From NCBI GenBank assembly GCA_963800515.1, contig CAWDBC010000001.1, positions 310,010 to 374,009 on the forward strand: 64,000 nt of DNA, read 5' to 3'. The translations under genes and the position numbers were made by a program. The notes beneath the pieces are model-generated. The model had not been told where the DNA came from, made no database searches, and saw only the letters and a list, made by a program, of their open reading frames with translations. This DNA is from an uncultured Thermoleophilia bacterium (GTDB lineage: Bacteria > Actinomycetota > Thermoleophilia > Gaiellales > F1-60-MAGs149). This document shows, piece by piece, positions 1 to 9,846 of the stretch (position 1 is the stretch's first letter; every line of letters begins with the position of its first letter).

Positions 1-9
1 TCGGCTGAG

Positions 10-1041
10 ATGGGGCGGTTCGGCGATGCCTACGGCGCCTTCGACCGCTTCCAGCAGCGCCACACGTGGCTGTCCTTCCCCCTCGCCGTGCGGCAGAAGT
101 ACGGCGAGGACCAGGGGAGCTACCTGGCGGCGACCATCGCCTACTACGGCTTCTTCTCCGTCTTCCCGCTGCTCCTCGTCCTCGTCACCGCCCTCGGGTA
201 CGTCCTCCGGCGCGATGCGGGCCTCGAGCGCCGGGTCATCGAGTCCGCGCTGGGGCAGTTCCCCGTGATCGGGCCGCAGCTCCACGTGCACGGCCTGCGG
301 GGCAGCGGGGTCGCGCTCGCCGTCGGCATCGTCGCCGCGCTCTGGTCGGGCATGGGCGTCGCGCTCGCGGCCGAGAACGCCTTCAGCCACGTCTGGGGGG
401 TGCCGTTCCGGGAGCGGCCCGACCCGTTCCGCCGGCGGGGGAAGGCGCTCGTGATGCTCCTGACGCTCGGCACCGCGAGCATCGCCGCGACCTTCCTGGC
501 CGGCCTCGCGACGGCCGGCGGCTCCTACGGCGTCCCGACCCGGGTCGGCGGCATCGCCGTCTCGCTGATCGTCAACTCGCTGCTCTTCCTGATCACGTTC
601 CGACTCCTCACCACCCGCGAGGTGGGCTGGCGGGATCTCTGGCTCGGCGCGGTCATCGCGGGCGTCCTCTGGGAGGCGCTCCTGCTCGGCGGCGGCTACA
701 TCGTCGCGCACGAGCTGGAGCACGCGAGCAACGTCTACGGGACGTTCGCCCTCGTCATCGGCCTCCTCTCGTGGCTGTATCTCGGCGCCTCGATCACCGT
801 CCTCGCCGCCGAGGCCAACGTCGTCGCCTCGCGGCGGCTCTGGCCGAGGAGCTTCTCGCCGATCATCGAGCAGCCGTCCACGTCGGCCGACCGGCAGGCC
901 CTCCGCCAGCGAGCCGACGTCGAGGAACGACGCCAGGACCAGAGCGTCGACGTCGCCTTCGAGGGGGAGGACGGGGCCGGCCCCGTGACGCCCGGGGAGG
1001 CCGGGCCGGGGCCGGACGGGTCCGGAGAGCCCGCGCCGTAG
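10..1041 (+). CDS. YihY/BrkB-family integral membrane protein
   Basis: 343-aa ORF starting at ATG 10. It has several hydrophobic segments, and the N-terminal block 'SYLAATIAYYGFFSVFPLLLVLVTALGYVL' is typical of the YihY (ribonuclease BN-like) family. GC3 is high in this frame. Confidence 0.85.
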   Translation: MGRFGDAYGAFDRFQQRHTWLSFPLAVRQKYGEDQGSYLAATIAYYGFFSVFPLLLVLVTALGYVLRRDAGLERRVIESALGQFPVIGPQLHVHGLRGSGVALAVGIVAALWSGMGVALAAENAFSHVWGVPFRERPDPFRRRGKALVMLLTLGTASIAATFLAGLATAGGSYGVPTRVGGIAVSLIVNSLLFLITFRLLTTREVGWRDLWLGAVIAGVLWEALLLGGGYIVAHELEHASNVYGTFALVIGLLSWLYLGASITVLAAEANVVASRRLWPRSFSPIIEQPSTSADRQALRQRADVEERRQDQSVDVAFEGEDGAGPVTPGEAGPGPDGSGEPAP

Positions 1042-1286
1042 CGGCGGCCACGTGCACCCGACGTCCGCGGGCCCTCGGCCAGCGCGCCGGCGGCCGAGCA
1101 GATACCATGGGAGGTCGTCTTCGCGTAGGCCGTTCGGGGAGGGACGTGATGGATCCGGCGCAGGAATCGGTGCTGCTGGGAGCCAGGTCACCGCGCGCGT
1201 CGGACCGAAGGCGTCGCTGGGCGCCTGCCCGGCACCTGTCTCGGGCGGGCTCGAAGCCTGCGTCTGCCGGGATCGTGACCCGGGTG

Positions 1287-4200
1287 ATGACGTGGATGCT
1301 GGTCCTGGCGGCCGTCGTGTTCGTCGCCCCTCCGGCTCTGGCGGGCGAGGTGGCGGCGTTCTCGGTGTCGCACTACGCGCCGGACGTTCCGCTGAACGGA
1401 CCGATCGGGTCCGTGAGCGTGCTGCCCGGCAACGACCGGGTGGTCGCCGCCGCCGGCGACACCCTGGGTTCGGGCGGAGTCTTCACGAGCACGAACGGCG
1501 GCGCGTCGTGGTCGCACGAGGATCGCCTGGCGGCGTCGAAGGTGCAGTCGCTCGCCTGGGTCACCGGCGAGCAGGGGCAGGGATGGGGCTGTCCCTGCCT
1601 GATCGCGACGGCGGCTCCCGACATGGAGGCGAGCGAGGGCGGCGGCGTCTACGTGACCAACAACTTCCTGTTTCCTCCCCACGGGTGGGGTCATCCGTCG
1701 GGGATCTTCCCGGCGTCTCCGTCGTGCGACCCGCAGACGCGCGCGGCCTACGACATCGCGATCGCGCCGGACGCTCCGAGCACGATCTACATCGGCACGG
1801 ATTGCGGGATCGCGATCGGCACGCCACGACGCGGCGGGGCGCCGACGTTCACGACGACGACGATCCCGGGTGCCGCCGATCAACGGGTGGAGTCCCTGGT
1901 GGCGCTTCCGGGGGGGCGGCTGATCGCGGGTGGTCCGTTGATGGGCGTCTGGTCGTACGACGGCGTGACCTGGACGCGCGCGACCGGCCTTCCGGCAGGT
2001 GGCGACGGCGTGTTCTTCGTCCATGCCTTCGCCGCCGACCCGCGAGGCGGCAATCGGGCGTACGCCGAGACCGAGACCGGCGACCGGCCGTTGCTGTCGG
2101 AGACCTGGGACGGCGGCGCGACCTGGCACCGCGTCGGCATCTCGCTTCTTCCCTGGTCGCAGGGCTGCGGCGGCATCCCCAACGTGCACGCCACCGTGCA
2201 GGACGGCGCTCTTCATCTGTTCGCCGGCGATGAGTGCTCCGTCTACACCGCGGTCGTGCCCCTGGGAGCGGAGCCGGCGGCGGTGCTTCACACCGGCGAC
2301 TGGACGGCCCTCGCCGGTCCGCACGGTGACACCTGGGACCTGGCGTTCCACTCGACCTCGCGCCTGCCGTACCTCCTGAGCTCCGATGGCGGCGTGGCCG
2401 TCTCCGGAGACGGAACGACGTTCCGGGCGATCGGACCGGCGGCCGGGTTGAACTCGCTCGAGGTCACCGAGGTCGACGGCGAGCTACCGCTCCGCTCGAC
2501 GACGCCGGACCTCTACTTCGCGACGTGGCACGACAACATCTACTCGATGGTGGGGACCTCGGCGAGTGTCGCGGACGTCCGCGGCGCCGAAGGCTTGGGT
2601 CTGGGCATGCCGGCCGCCGTCACGGCCGGAGCTGAGAACCAGATCACCCTGACGACCTGCAACCTCTGTCACAACTTCACGGCCACGGCCCGCTTCCGGA
2701 CCTCCGCTCCGTGGCCGGACGCCGAGCCGGGCGTCAGCAATCCGACGTTCGTCAGCCCCGGCCGCTACGTGCAGGCCGTCGACCGGGCGAACACGCTGGC
2801 GCTCCCGGCCGGGACGACGTCCCGTCAGGGCGGGCTCGCCCTGACGACGAACGACGGCTCGACGTGGCGCCAGATCGTCCGGTTCGCCGACCAGCTCACG
2901 GGCCTGCCCAAGGTCTCGGGCCCGCCCTCCGACCCGACCCTGACCCAGCCGTACCTGGACGCGACCCCGACGAGCAACGGCCAGCGCGTCGTCAAGCTCC
3001 TGTCGGTCCATCATCTCAGCGCCACGGGCGGGATCGCCGGAGTCCGGTCGTCCTGCCCGGCGACGTCGACGAACTGCACGATCGTCCCGGCGATGCGGGG
3101 ATTCGGCGGCCTCGGCGTCACTCCGGCCAACATGCCCTGGTACGAGGTCTACGCCGTCGACCCGAACGACCCGAACCGGATCATCGCCCCGGACGTCATC
3201 GACGGCACGATGAAGCGGACGATCAACGGCGGCGACGACTGGACGGAGATCCCCGGACTGGCCGATCTGGTCACCGACCGTGGCGCCTACCGGTTCTCCC
3301 TCCGCGGCGCCACGCGCTCGTTCCCGGATGTCTCGGCGGTCAGCATCTGCCCGTGGAACAGCGACCGGGTGCTTCTCGGGACCCGACAGGGCGGCGCCTT
3401 CTCGTCCCTCGACGGCGGCACGCACTGGGCGCCGGTGACGAGCTCCGCTCAGATCCGGCTGGCCACGTCGATCTACTGGCTGCCGGGCTGCGCCTCGGCC
3501 TACATGGCCACGTTCGGACGCGGGATCTTCCGGATCGACATCCAGGTCACGTCCACCCTGCCCGCGCACGGCTGCGAGGTGCCGATCTGCCGGATCGAGA
3601 GGATCATCATCGCCCGGCTCGGCCTGACCCGCGTCCCACCGCGAGGTGCGCGGCTCCTGATCGCCACCGACGGCTACATCACGTCGCTCCGGCGCCGCGG
3701 CGCTCGCACCTCCGTCAGCGCCACCGCCGGCAGCATCCTCCTGCACACGAAGACCGGGCCGGCCGTCAGGTCGACGTCCGTCCCGCCGCCCCGAACCCCT
3801 CCGCGCCGGATCATCCAGGCCGTGTTGATCCGGCGCGGGCATCGCGCGCGGATCGTCCGCGGACCGACCCCGCTCCGCCTCTACCCGCTGGCGCGCACGA
3901 AGACCGGAAGGGGCCGCCACATCCCGGCCCGACCGTCGATCTCGATCGTCGTCCACGGAGCCGAGACGATCGCCGGGACGGCAGAGAGCGTGATCGCCGC
4001 CGACGCCGCGCTCACAGCGACCTTCGCCAGTGTCAAGCCGACCCCCGGCAGCCTGCTCCTCCGGCTCGACGGCCGGCCGGTCGCCGAGTACCCGGCCGGC
4101 GAGAAGGGCGGCCGGTACGTCGATCCCGTCTCGGCCGCGATTCCTCCGGGCCAACTGCTCGGCGTCCACCAGCTCGAGCTCGTCACCAAATCGGCGCGGC

Positions 4201-4565
4201 CGAAGCTGGTCGCCTCGACCGTCTTCGCGGTCGCCAACGGCGATTCGCCGGAGGAGCACGACGGGGAGGAGGGGGAACCGACGAGCCTCAGCGTCGCGTG
4301 CCCGGCCGTCGCCCCGGCGAAGGCCGCCTTCGGCGTCGGCGGAACGCTCACACCGGGCTTCGCCGGCGGCCTCGTCACCATCACCTACACCGAGCCGAAC
4401 GCCACGATCGTCGACACCGCCACCACCGACGAGCTCGGCAACTACGCCGACTCCATCCAGGCAGAGAGCAGCGGCACGTGGACCATCCAGGCGACCTTCG
4501 GCGGCGACCCCAACCACCAGAGCTCGCAATCCGCGGCGTGCACGACCCAGATCGGCACCGGATAG
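1287..4565 (+). CDS. Large secreted BNR/Asp-box repeat protein with basic linker and C-terminal Ig-like domain
   Basis: This is the coding part of track ORF 66..4565. The N-terminus is signal-like (MTWMLVLAAVVFVAPPALAGE). At least 5 Asp-box motifs are present (STNGGASWSH, TWDGGATWHRV, TNDGSTWRQ, INGGDDWTEI, SLDGGTHWAPV). The start is uncertain between GTG 1275 and ATG 1287. Confidence 0.7.
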   Translation: MTWMLVLAAVVFVAPPALAGEVAAFSVSHYAPDVPLNGPIGSVSVLPGNDRVVAAAGDTLGSGGVFTSTNGGASWSHEDRLAASKVQSLAWVTGEQGQGWGCPCLIATAAPDMEASEGGGVYVTNNFLFPPHGWGHPSGIFPASPSCDPQTRAAYDIAIAPDAPSTIYIGTDCGIAIGTPRRGGAPTFTTTTIPGAADQRVESLVALPGGRLIAGGPLMGVWSYDGVTWTRATGLPAGGDGVFFVHAFAADPRGGNRAYAETETGDRPLLSETWDGGATWHRVGISLLPWSQGCGGIPNVHATVQDGALHLFAGDECSVYTAVVPLGAEPAAVLHTGDWTALAGPHGDTWDLAFHSTSRLPYLLSSDGGVAVSGDGTTFRAIGPAAGLNSLEVTEVDGELPLRSTTPDLYFATWHDNIYSMVGTSASVADVRGAEGLGLGMPAAVTAGAENQITLTTCNLCHNFTATARFRTSAPWPDAEPGVSNPTFVSPGRYVQAVDRANTLALPAGTTSRQGGLALTTNDGSTWRQIVRFADQLTGLPKVSGPPSDPTLTQPYLDATPTSNGQRVVKLLSVHHLSATGGIAGVRSSCPATSTNCTIVPAMRGFGGLGVTPANMPWYEVYAVDPNDPNRIIAPDVIDGTMKRTINGGDDWTEIPGLADLVTDRGAYRFSLRGATRSFPDVSAVSICPWNSDRVLLGTRQGGAFSSLDGGTHWAPVTSSAQIRLATSIYWLPGCASAYMATFGRGIFRIDIQVTSTLPAHGCEVPICRIERIIIARLGLTRVPPRGARLLIATDGYITSLRRRGARTSVSATAGSILLHTKTGPAVRSTSVPPPRTPPRRIIQAVLIRRGHRARIVRGPTPLRLYPLARTKTGRGRHIPARPSISIVVHGAETIAGTAESVIAADAALTATFASVKPTPGSLLLRLDGRPVAEYPAGEKGGRYVDPVSAAIPPGQLLGVHQLELVTKSARPKLVASTVFAVANGDSPEEHDGEEGEPTSLSVACPAVAPAKAAFGVGGTLTPGFAGGLVTITYTEPNATIVDTATTDELGNYADSIQAESSGTWTIQATFGGDPNHQSSQSAACTTQIGTG

Positions 4566-4694
4566 CCAACGGCCCGCAGGCCGCGAATCACCATGCGCCG
4601 CCTCACGGGACGGCGTCTCGACCGGTGGGCCGTCGTGACGGGCGTCCCTGCGCTCGGGCGTCCGCGTGTCGCGCCGGCGGCCCGGGCCGCGCGG

Positions 4695-7600
4695 TCAGTC
4701 GACCAGGACGGTGACGAGCTCGAAGGGCTCGAACGGCAGCACGATCTCGCCGGCGTGGACCGCCAGCGGGGCATCGCCGTCCTCCAGCAGGTTCGCCAAC
4801 CGCGCGCTCCCGAACGGCAGGCCGAGCCGGATCCGGGCGACGCCTCGGCCCCCGTGCGGCTCGTACAGGCGCAGCACGAGCCCGCCCGTGTCCTCAGCCC
4901 GCTTGACGGTGTCGAGCACGAGCCCTCCGTCGACCGACGCGAACGAGCGCGGCGCCGCAACGCCGTCCACCCAGCGCACGGGGCTGCCGAGGAGGCGCGC
5001 CTCGGCGACGACGCCGGCGTCCTGCCACGTGCCGGGGTGCGGATGGATGGCGTAGGTCAGCTCGTGGCGCCCCTGGTCGGCCGAGGGGTCGGGGTCGGTC
5101 GGCGCGCGGAGGAGGCTCAGACGCAGCTCGCTGCCGTCGGTCGAGTACCCGTAGGTGCTCTCGGTCAGCAGCGCGACCCCGAAGCCGTGCTCGCCGAGAT
5201 CGACGAACCGGTGTCCGGGGACCTCGAAGCGGGCCAGACCCGCGGCCGTCGACGCGTGCGTGGGGCGCTCGTGGACCCCGAACTGGGTCTCGTACGTCGC
5301 GTGCGCCGCCCGCGCTCGCACCGGGAAGACGACCTTCAGCAGGCGGTGGCGCTCGTGCCAGTCGACGGTCGTCACGAACTCCAGCCGGCGGGCGCCCGCG
5401 TCGAGCCGGACGACCTGGCGGAGCCGGCTGGCCGAGCCGATCGCGTGATCGAACGCCACCTCCGCGCGGAGGGGCCCCGTCCCGAGCACGGCCCAGCCGC
5501 TCCGCCCCCGCGCACTCCCGGCGCGTCTCGGCGGAGTAGGGCTCGATCTCCCAGGCGTCGTAGGCCGTCGGCCGATCCTCGTACAGCTCGAACCGGTTGC
5601 CGGGCGCCGCGAGCGCCTCCCGCCCGCTCGCCCGCAGGAGGAGGCTCGAGAGGGCACCGCGCCGGTCGAGCGTGGCGCGGAGGATCCCGTTCGAGAGCAC
5701 CACCATCTCTCCGTCGGACTCGACGACGACGGGCTCCGGCGCCGCGTCGAGGACCTCCCCGAAGCCGTAGGCCGGCGCGCGGACGAGGACGGGCTCGCCC
5801 CCGGCGGTCACCGCCACCTCGAGCCGGGGAAACGGCGTCAGGTTGACCGGCGTCCGTCCCGGACCCGCGTCGGCCAGGACGGCCAGGGCGCCGTCCCGGA
5901 TCCGGTGGGCGCGCGCGGCGACCGCGGCGTGGTCGCGCGCGGCGTCCTCGTACACGGCCGCGATCGAGCTGCCGGGGAGGATGTCGTGGAACTGGTTGAC
6001 GAGCAGGACCCGCCACAGCTCCTCGAGCTCCCGGCCCGGATACGGGGCGCGTCCGAGTCGCTCGGCGATCGCCGCGGCCGCCTCCGCCTCGCCGAGCAGC
6101 ACCTCGCCCCGGCGATTGCCGCGCTTGACCGCGGCCTGGCTCGTGTAGGTGCCGCGGTGGCCTCGAAGTAGAGCTCGCCGACGATCGCGGGGCGTCGACG
6201 CGCTCGGCGTCGAGGCCGTCGAAGAACGTGTCGCTCGAGGCGAGCTCGACCGGCGGCACGCCCTGGAGGTCGCCGACGCGGCGCGCGACCTCGAGCATCT
6301 CGGGGTTCGGCCCGCCGCCGCCGTCCCCGTAGCCGAAGAGCTGGAGGCTCGTGCGACGTCCGGTCGTGATCCTTGGCGTTGACGGCGCTCGCACCGCAGC
6401 TCGGCGACGGTCATCTCCGCGTTGTAGGTGTCCGCCGGCGGCATGTGGGCGAGCACCACCGACCCGTCGATGCCCTGCCAGTGGAACGAGTGGTAGAGCG
6501 GGGTCGTGAACTGGTTCCACGAGAGCTTCTGGGTGAGGAATCGGTCGATCCCCGCGCCGCGGAGGATCTGGGGGAGCTGGCCGCCGTGGCCGAACGACGT
6601 CCGGGCTCCAGAACTCGCGGCAGCGCCGTCCGAAGCGGCGCTCGAAGAAGCGCTGGCCGTAGAGGAGCTGGCGGACGATCGACTCGCCGGAGGGCAGGTT
6701 GCAGTCCGGCTCGACCCAGGCGCCGCCGACGACGAGCCAGCGCCCCTCGGCGATCCGCCGGGCGACCCGGGCGTAGAGGTCGGGGGCGTCCTCCTCCAGC
6801 CACAGGTAGTGCTGGGCGGACGAGGCGGCGAACCGGTGCTCCGGGTAGCGGTCGAGGAGGTCGAGTTGGTTGGCGGCGATCCGGATCACCTTGCGGCGGG
6901 ACTCGGCGAGCGGCCAGAGCCAGGCGGTGTCGAGGTGGGCGTGACCGAGGGCGGTGACGCGGTGGACGTGGCCCCCGTTCCTCTGGCCGAGGAGGTCCGT
7001 CAGGATGGTCCGGGCCGCCGGCCAGGTCGTCCGGTCGCCGGCGTCCCAGGCGTTGCAGAACCGGTTGAGCTCACCCAGCAGCCGTCCCGCCCAGGCCGGG
7101 TCGAGCCCCCGCGCGTGCTCGGCCTCCAGGGCCCGCAGGACCTCGAAGTCCCAGGCGAGGTCCCACGCGTCCTCGTCGACCAGGGCGAACCCGCACCGTT
7201 CGAGGCGCGCGTGCGCGTCGGGAGCGGTGAGCGCGTCGTCGACCCGTGGCGTCTGCCGCCAGGTCCGGCCGATCCGCCAGCGCGGCTCGCCGAGAGGGTC
7301 GGCGAGGACGTCGGGCGCCGACACCTCGCCCATCCAGCTCGAGCACGCCATCTCCACCTCGAGCTCGACGCGCTCGCGTGCGGTGGCGGCCGTCGTGACG
7401 ACGGCCGACGTGCGGCGTGCGCTCCCGCCGGCGTTCAGGCCCTGCACGGCCGAGCCGTCGCGCCAGAGCGTGGCCTCGCTGCCGCTGTCCCAGAGGAGGT
7501 CGACCCGGCGCCCGGACCACGCGTCCGGAAGGACGGCGGAGACGCGGAACCAGTACGTCGCCCAGAGCGGCCCGAAGGCCTCCCCGATCGCCGCCGGCCG

Positions 7601-7756
7601 ATAGCTCAGCTCCCGGGCGGGCGCCCAGCCGTGCCGGCCGGTCGGCGCCGAGACGAGGAGCGCGTCGGGAGCGATCGTCTCCGGGTGGACGAGGGAGTGG
7701 AGGCGGCTCGCGGTCTGCGCCAGCCGCCGGCGCGTCTGCTCGGGATGCCGGCGCAT
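4695..7756 (-). pseudogene. GH38 alpha-mannosidase, reading frame broken about 6 times
   Basis: GH38 sequence is split over track ORFs 5372..7873, 4894..6459 and 4695..5657. Recognisable blocks include HAHLDTAWLWP, GGAWVEPDCNLPSGES, LFGYGDGGGGPN, HRGTYTSQAAVKRGNR and NQFHDILPGSS. Frame changes lie near 6597, 6393, 6346, 6186, 6160 and 5498. Length mod 3 is 2. ATG 7756 lies 4 nt after the GH4 stop. Confidence 0.8.
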
Positions 7757-7760
7757 GCGC

Positions 7761-9089
7761 TCACGCGAAGAGCGGCAGGTGCGCCGCGTTCGCGGCGAGC
7801 ATCTCGTCGAGGAGGGCCTGCGTCTGCTCCAGGTCGAGCTGCGAGGCCAGCGTCGGATCGAGGAGGAAGGCATGGAGCGCGGCCTGTCGGTCCCCCGACA
7901 GGGCTGCCCTGACCATGGTCTGCTCGAGGGCGACGTAGTGGCGCAGGTGCGCGGCGAGCGGCTCGGGCAGCGGTCCGGTGTGGATGGGCCGGATCCCGTA
8001 GGCGTTGACCATCGCGTTGACCTCGACGATCGCCTCGTCGGGGAGGTTCGGGATCGCGCCGGCGTTGACGGCGTTGACGATGTGGACCTCGTTCCGGTTC
8101 TCGACGATCGCCTCGATGATGTCGATCACGAAGATGCCCTCGTCCTCGTCGCCGGCCGGGAGGTCGGCGAGGGTGACCGGGCCGGCGTCGGGCGCGGTCC
8201 AGCGCCGGGCGAGCTCCTCGAGCCTCTCGACCCGCGCGCGCTCGCCGGCCATGTCGTGGGTCGTGATTCCGTAGCGCATGGAGACGCCCTGCGCGGTCCC
8301 GGCGTACGGCGCCACGAGCCGCTGCATCTGGGGGAAGTGCTCGACCCAGTGCGACCAGCAGTAGGGCAGAACGCCGTACGTGTCGAGCACCCACGCGACG
8401 ACCGGGTTCTCCGTCCGCTCGCGGATCAACGGGAGCGCGTCCCGGCCGTCGCGAAGGCGGAGCTCCGTGATCCCGGCGCAGTGGTTGAGACCGGCGACGA
8501 CCGGCGGCATCGAGAGCTCGTCCGGCTCGACGCCGGCCTGATCGGCGAGCCAGAGGCGGCTCTGCGGCAGCCCGGTGCAGGAGCAGAGGGCGTACGACCG
8601 GACCTCGGGCACGGTCTGCATCGCCAGGGCCTCCGTCGGCGCCGGGTTCGTGTAGTTGAAGACGAAGGCGTCGGGCGCCACCTCGGCGACGTCGCGCGCG
8701 ACGCTCGCGAGCACCGGCGCGTTCCGCAGCGCCCGGAGGATCCCGCCGGGGCCGATCGAGTCGGCGACGTGCATGACGACGCCGTACCGGCCGGGGATCT
8801 CCAGGTCGTCCGCCCATGCCGCCATCCCGCCGACGGAGATCGCGGCGATCACGAAGTCGGCCCCGACGAGCGACGCCCGCTGGTCGAGCGTGCTCGTCAC
8901 CCGCAGAGCGCTGCCCTCGCTCGCGATCAGCTTGCGCGCGAGGGACTCCATCACCTGGACGCGCCCCTCGTCGACGTCCATCAGCGTCACGTCGGCGTCT
9001 CCGAGGGCCTCCGACCTGAGGAGGCGTCGGATCAGGACCGGCACGAAGCTGCTCGAGCCGCCGCCGATGATCGTGATCTTGGTGCTCAC
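7761..9089 (-). CDS. Glycoside hydrolase family 4 (NAD-dependent glycosidase)
   Basis: 442 aa. The N-terminal Rossmann motif is MSTKITIIGGGSSSFVP, and the NYTNPA motif is present. Overall layout matches 6-phospho-glucosidase/alpha-galactosidase GH4 enzymes. Confidence 0.8.
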   Translation of the reverse strand: MSTKITIIGGGSSSFVPVLIRRLLRSEALGDADVTLMDVDEGRVQVMESLARKLIASEGSALRVTSTLDQRASLVGADFVIAAISVGGMAAWADDLEIPGRYGVVMHVADSIGPGGILRALRNAPVLASVARDVAEVAPDAFVFNYTNPAPTEALAMQTVPEVRSYALCSCTGLPQSRLWLADQAGVEPDELSMPPVVAGLNHCAGITELRLRDGRDALPLIRERTENPVVAWVLDTYGVLPYCWSHWVEHFPQMQRLVAPYAGTAQGVSMRYGITTHDMAGERARVERLEELARRWTAPDAGPVTLADLPAGDEDEGIFVIDIIEAIVENRNEVHIVNAVNAGAIPNLPDEAIVEVNAMVNAYGIRPIHTGPLPEPLAAHLRHYVALEQTMVRAALSGDRQAALHAFLLDPTLASQLDLEQTQALLDEMLAANAAHLPLFA

Positions 9090-9138
9090 GGGCCCCTCCT
9101 TGGTCCTCCGCCGGCCCGCCAGGGCGCGGGCGGCGCGG

Positions 9139-9846
9139 TCAGTTCATCGAGTCGTCGCTCATGGGCAGGAGCGTCGTCTCGAGCATCCGGAAGGTGCGAG
9201 GGCGGACGAGGCTCGAGAGGATCGCCTCGGCGACCTCCTCGGGCCGCATCATCCCGGCCAGGTCCGGATCGTCGGGCGTCCGGCCCCGGCCCATCGCGAA
9301 CTCCGTCGCCACCCCGCCCGGGCAGATCGTCGTGCAGCGGACGCCGCGCCGGTAGAGCTCGTGGTCGAGCGAGCGCATGAACCCGACCTGGGCGAACTTC
9401 GAGGCCGCGTAGACGGCCTCGCCCTCCGGGGCCCGCTGGCCGGCGACGGAGGCGACGACCACGAGGTCGGCGGCATCGCTCGCGAGGAGGTGCGGGAGCG
9501 TCGCGCGGACGGTGTAGAGGAGGCCCTTGACGTTGACGTCGATCATCTCCTCGAGGTGGTCCGGGTCGAGGTCGGCGAAGTCGCCGTAGGCGCCGACGCC
9601 CGCGTTCGCGACGACGATGTCGAGGTGCCCGAACCGCTCGACGGTGGCCGCCACGAGCGCCGCGAGCGCGTCCGGATCGCGGACGTCGCAGCTCCGGGCG
9701 AGCGCGCCCTCGATCCCGAGGTCGCCGCCGCGGCGCGACGCCAGCGCCACGGAGGCGCCGCTCCCGGCCAGCGCGTGCGCCGTCGCGGCCCCGATGCCGG
9801 TGCTCGTGCCGGTGATCAGGGCCACCCTGCCGGCGAGGCCGCTCAT
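9139..9846 (-). CDS. Short-chain dehydrogenase/reductase (SDR)
   Basis: 235 aa. It carries the TGTSTGIG cofactor motif, NAG, and the catalytic YAASK. Its ATG overlaps the upstream amine oxidase stop (ATGA). Confidence 0.9.
   Translation of the reverse strand: MSGLAGRVALITGTSTGIGAATAHALAGSGASVALASRRGGDLGIEGALARSCDVRDPDALAALVAATVERFGHLDIVVANAGVGAYGDFADLDPDHLEEMIDVNVKGLLYTVRATLPHLLASDAADLVVVASVAGQRAPEGEAVYAASKFAQVGFMRSLDHELYRRGVRCTTICPGGVATEFAMGRGRTPDDPDLAGMMRPEEVAEAILSSLVRPRTFRMLETTLLPMSDDSMN

Noticed and set aside
66-1286. The N-terminal 400 codons of the 1499-aa ORF 66..4565, overlapping the YihY gene in another frame.
   Set aside because: This part is Arg/Pro-rich nonsense that overlaps a well-supported gene (10..1041). 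A signal-peptide-like start appears at 1275-1287, so only 1287..4565 is called.
4677-4690. The 14-bp palindrome GCGGCCCGGGCCGC between the convergent BNR and GH38 genes, considered as a terminator.
   Set aside because: It has no loop (an effective stem of about 5 bp) and no U-tract. Short GC palindromes of this kind are frequent by chance at this composition. Similar weak candidates at 1074-1098 and 56932-56945 were also not called.
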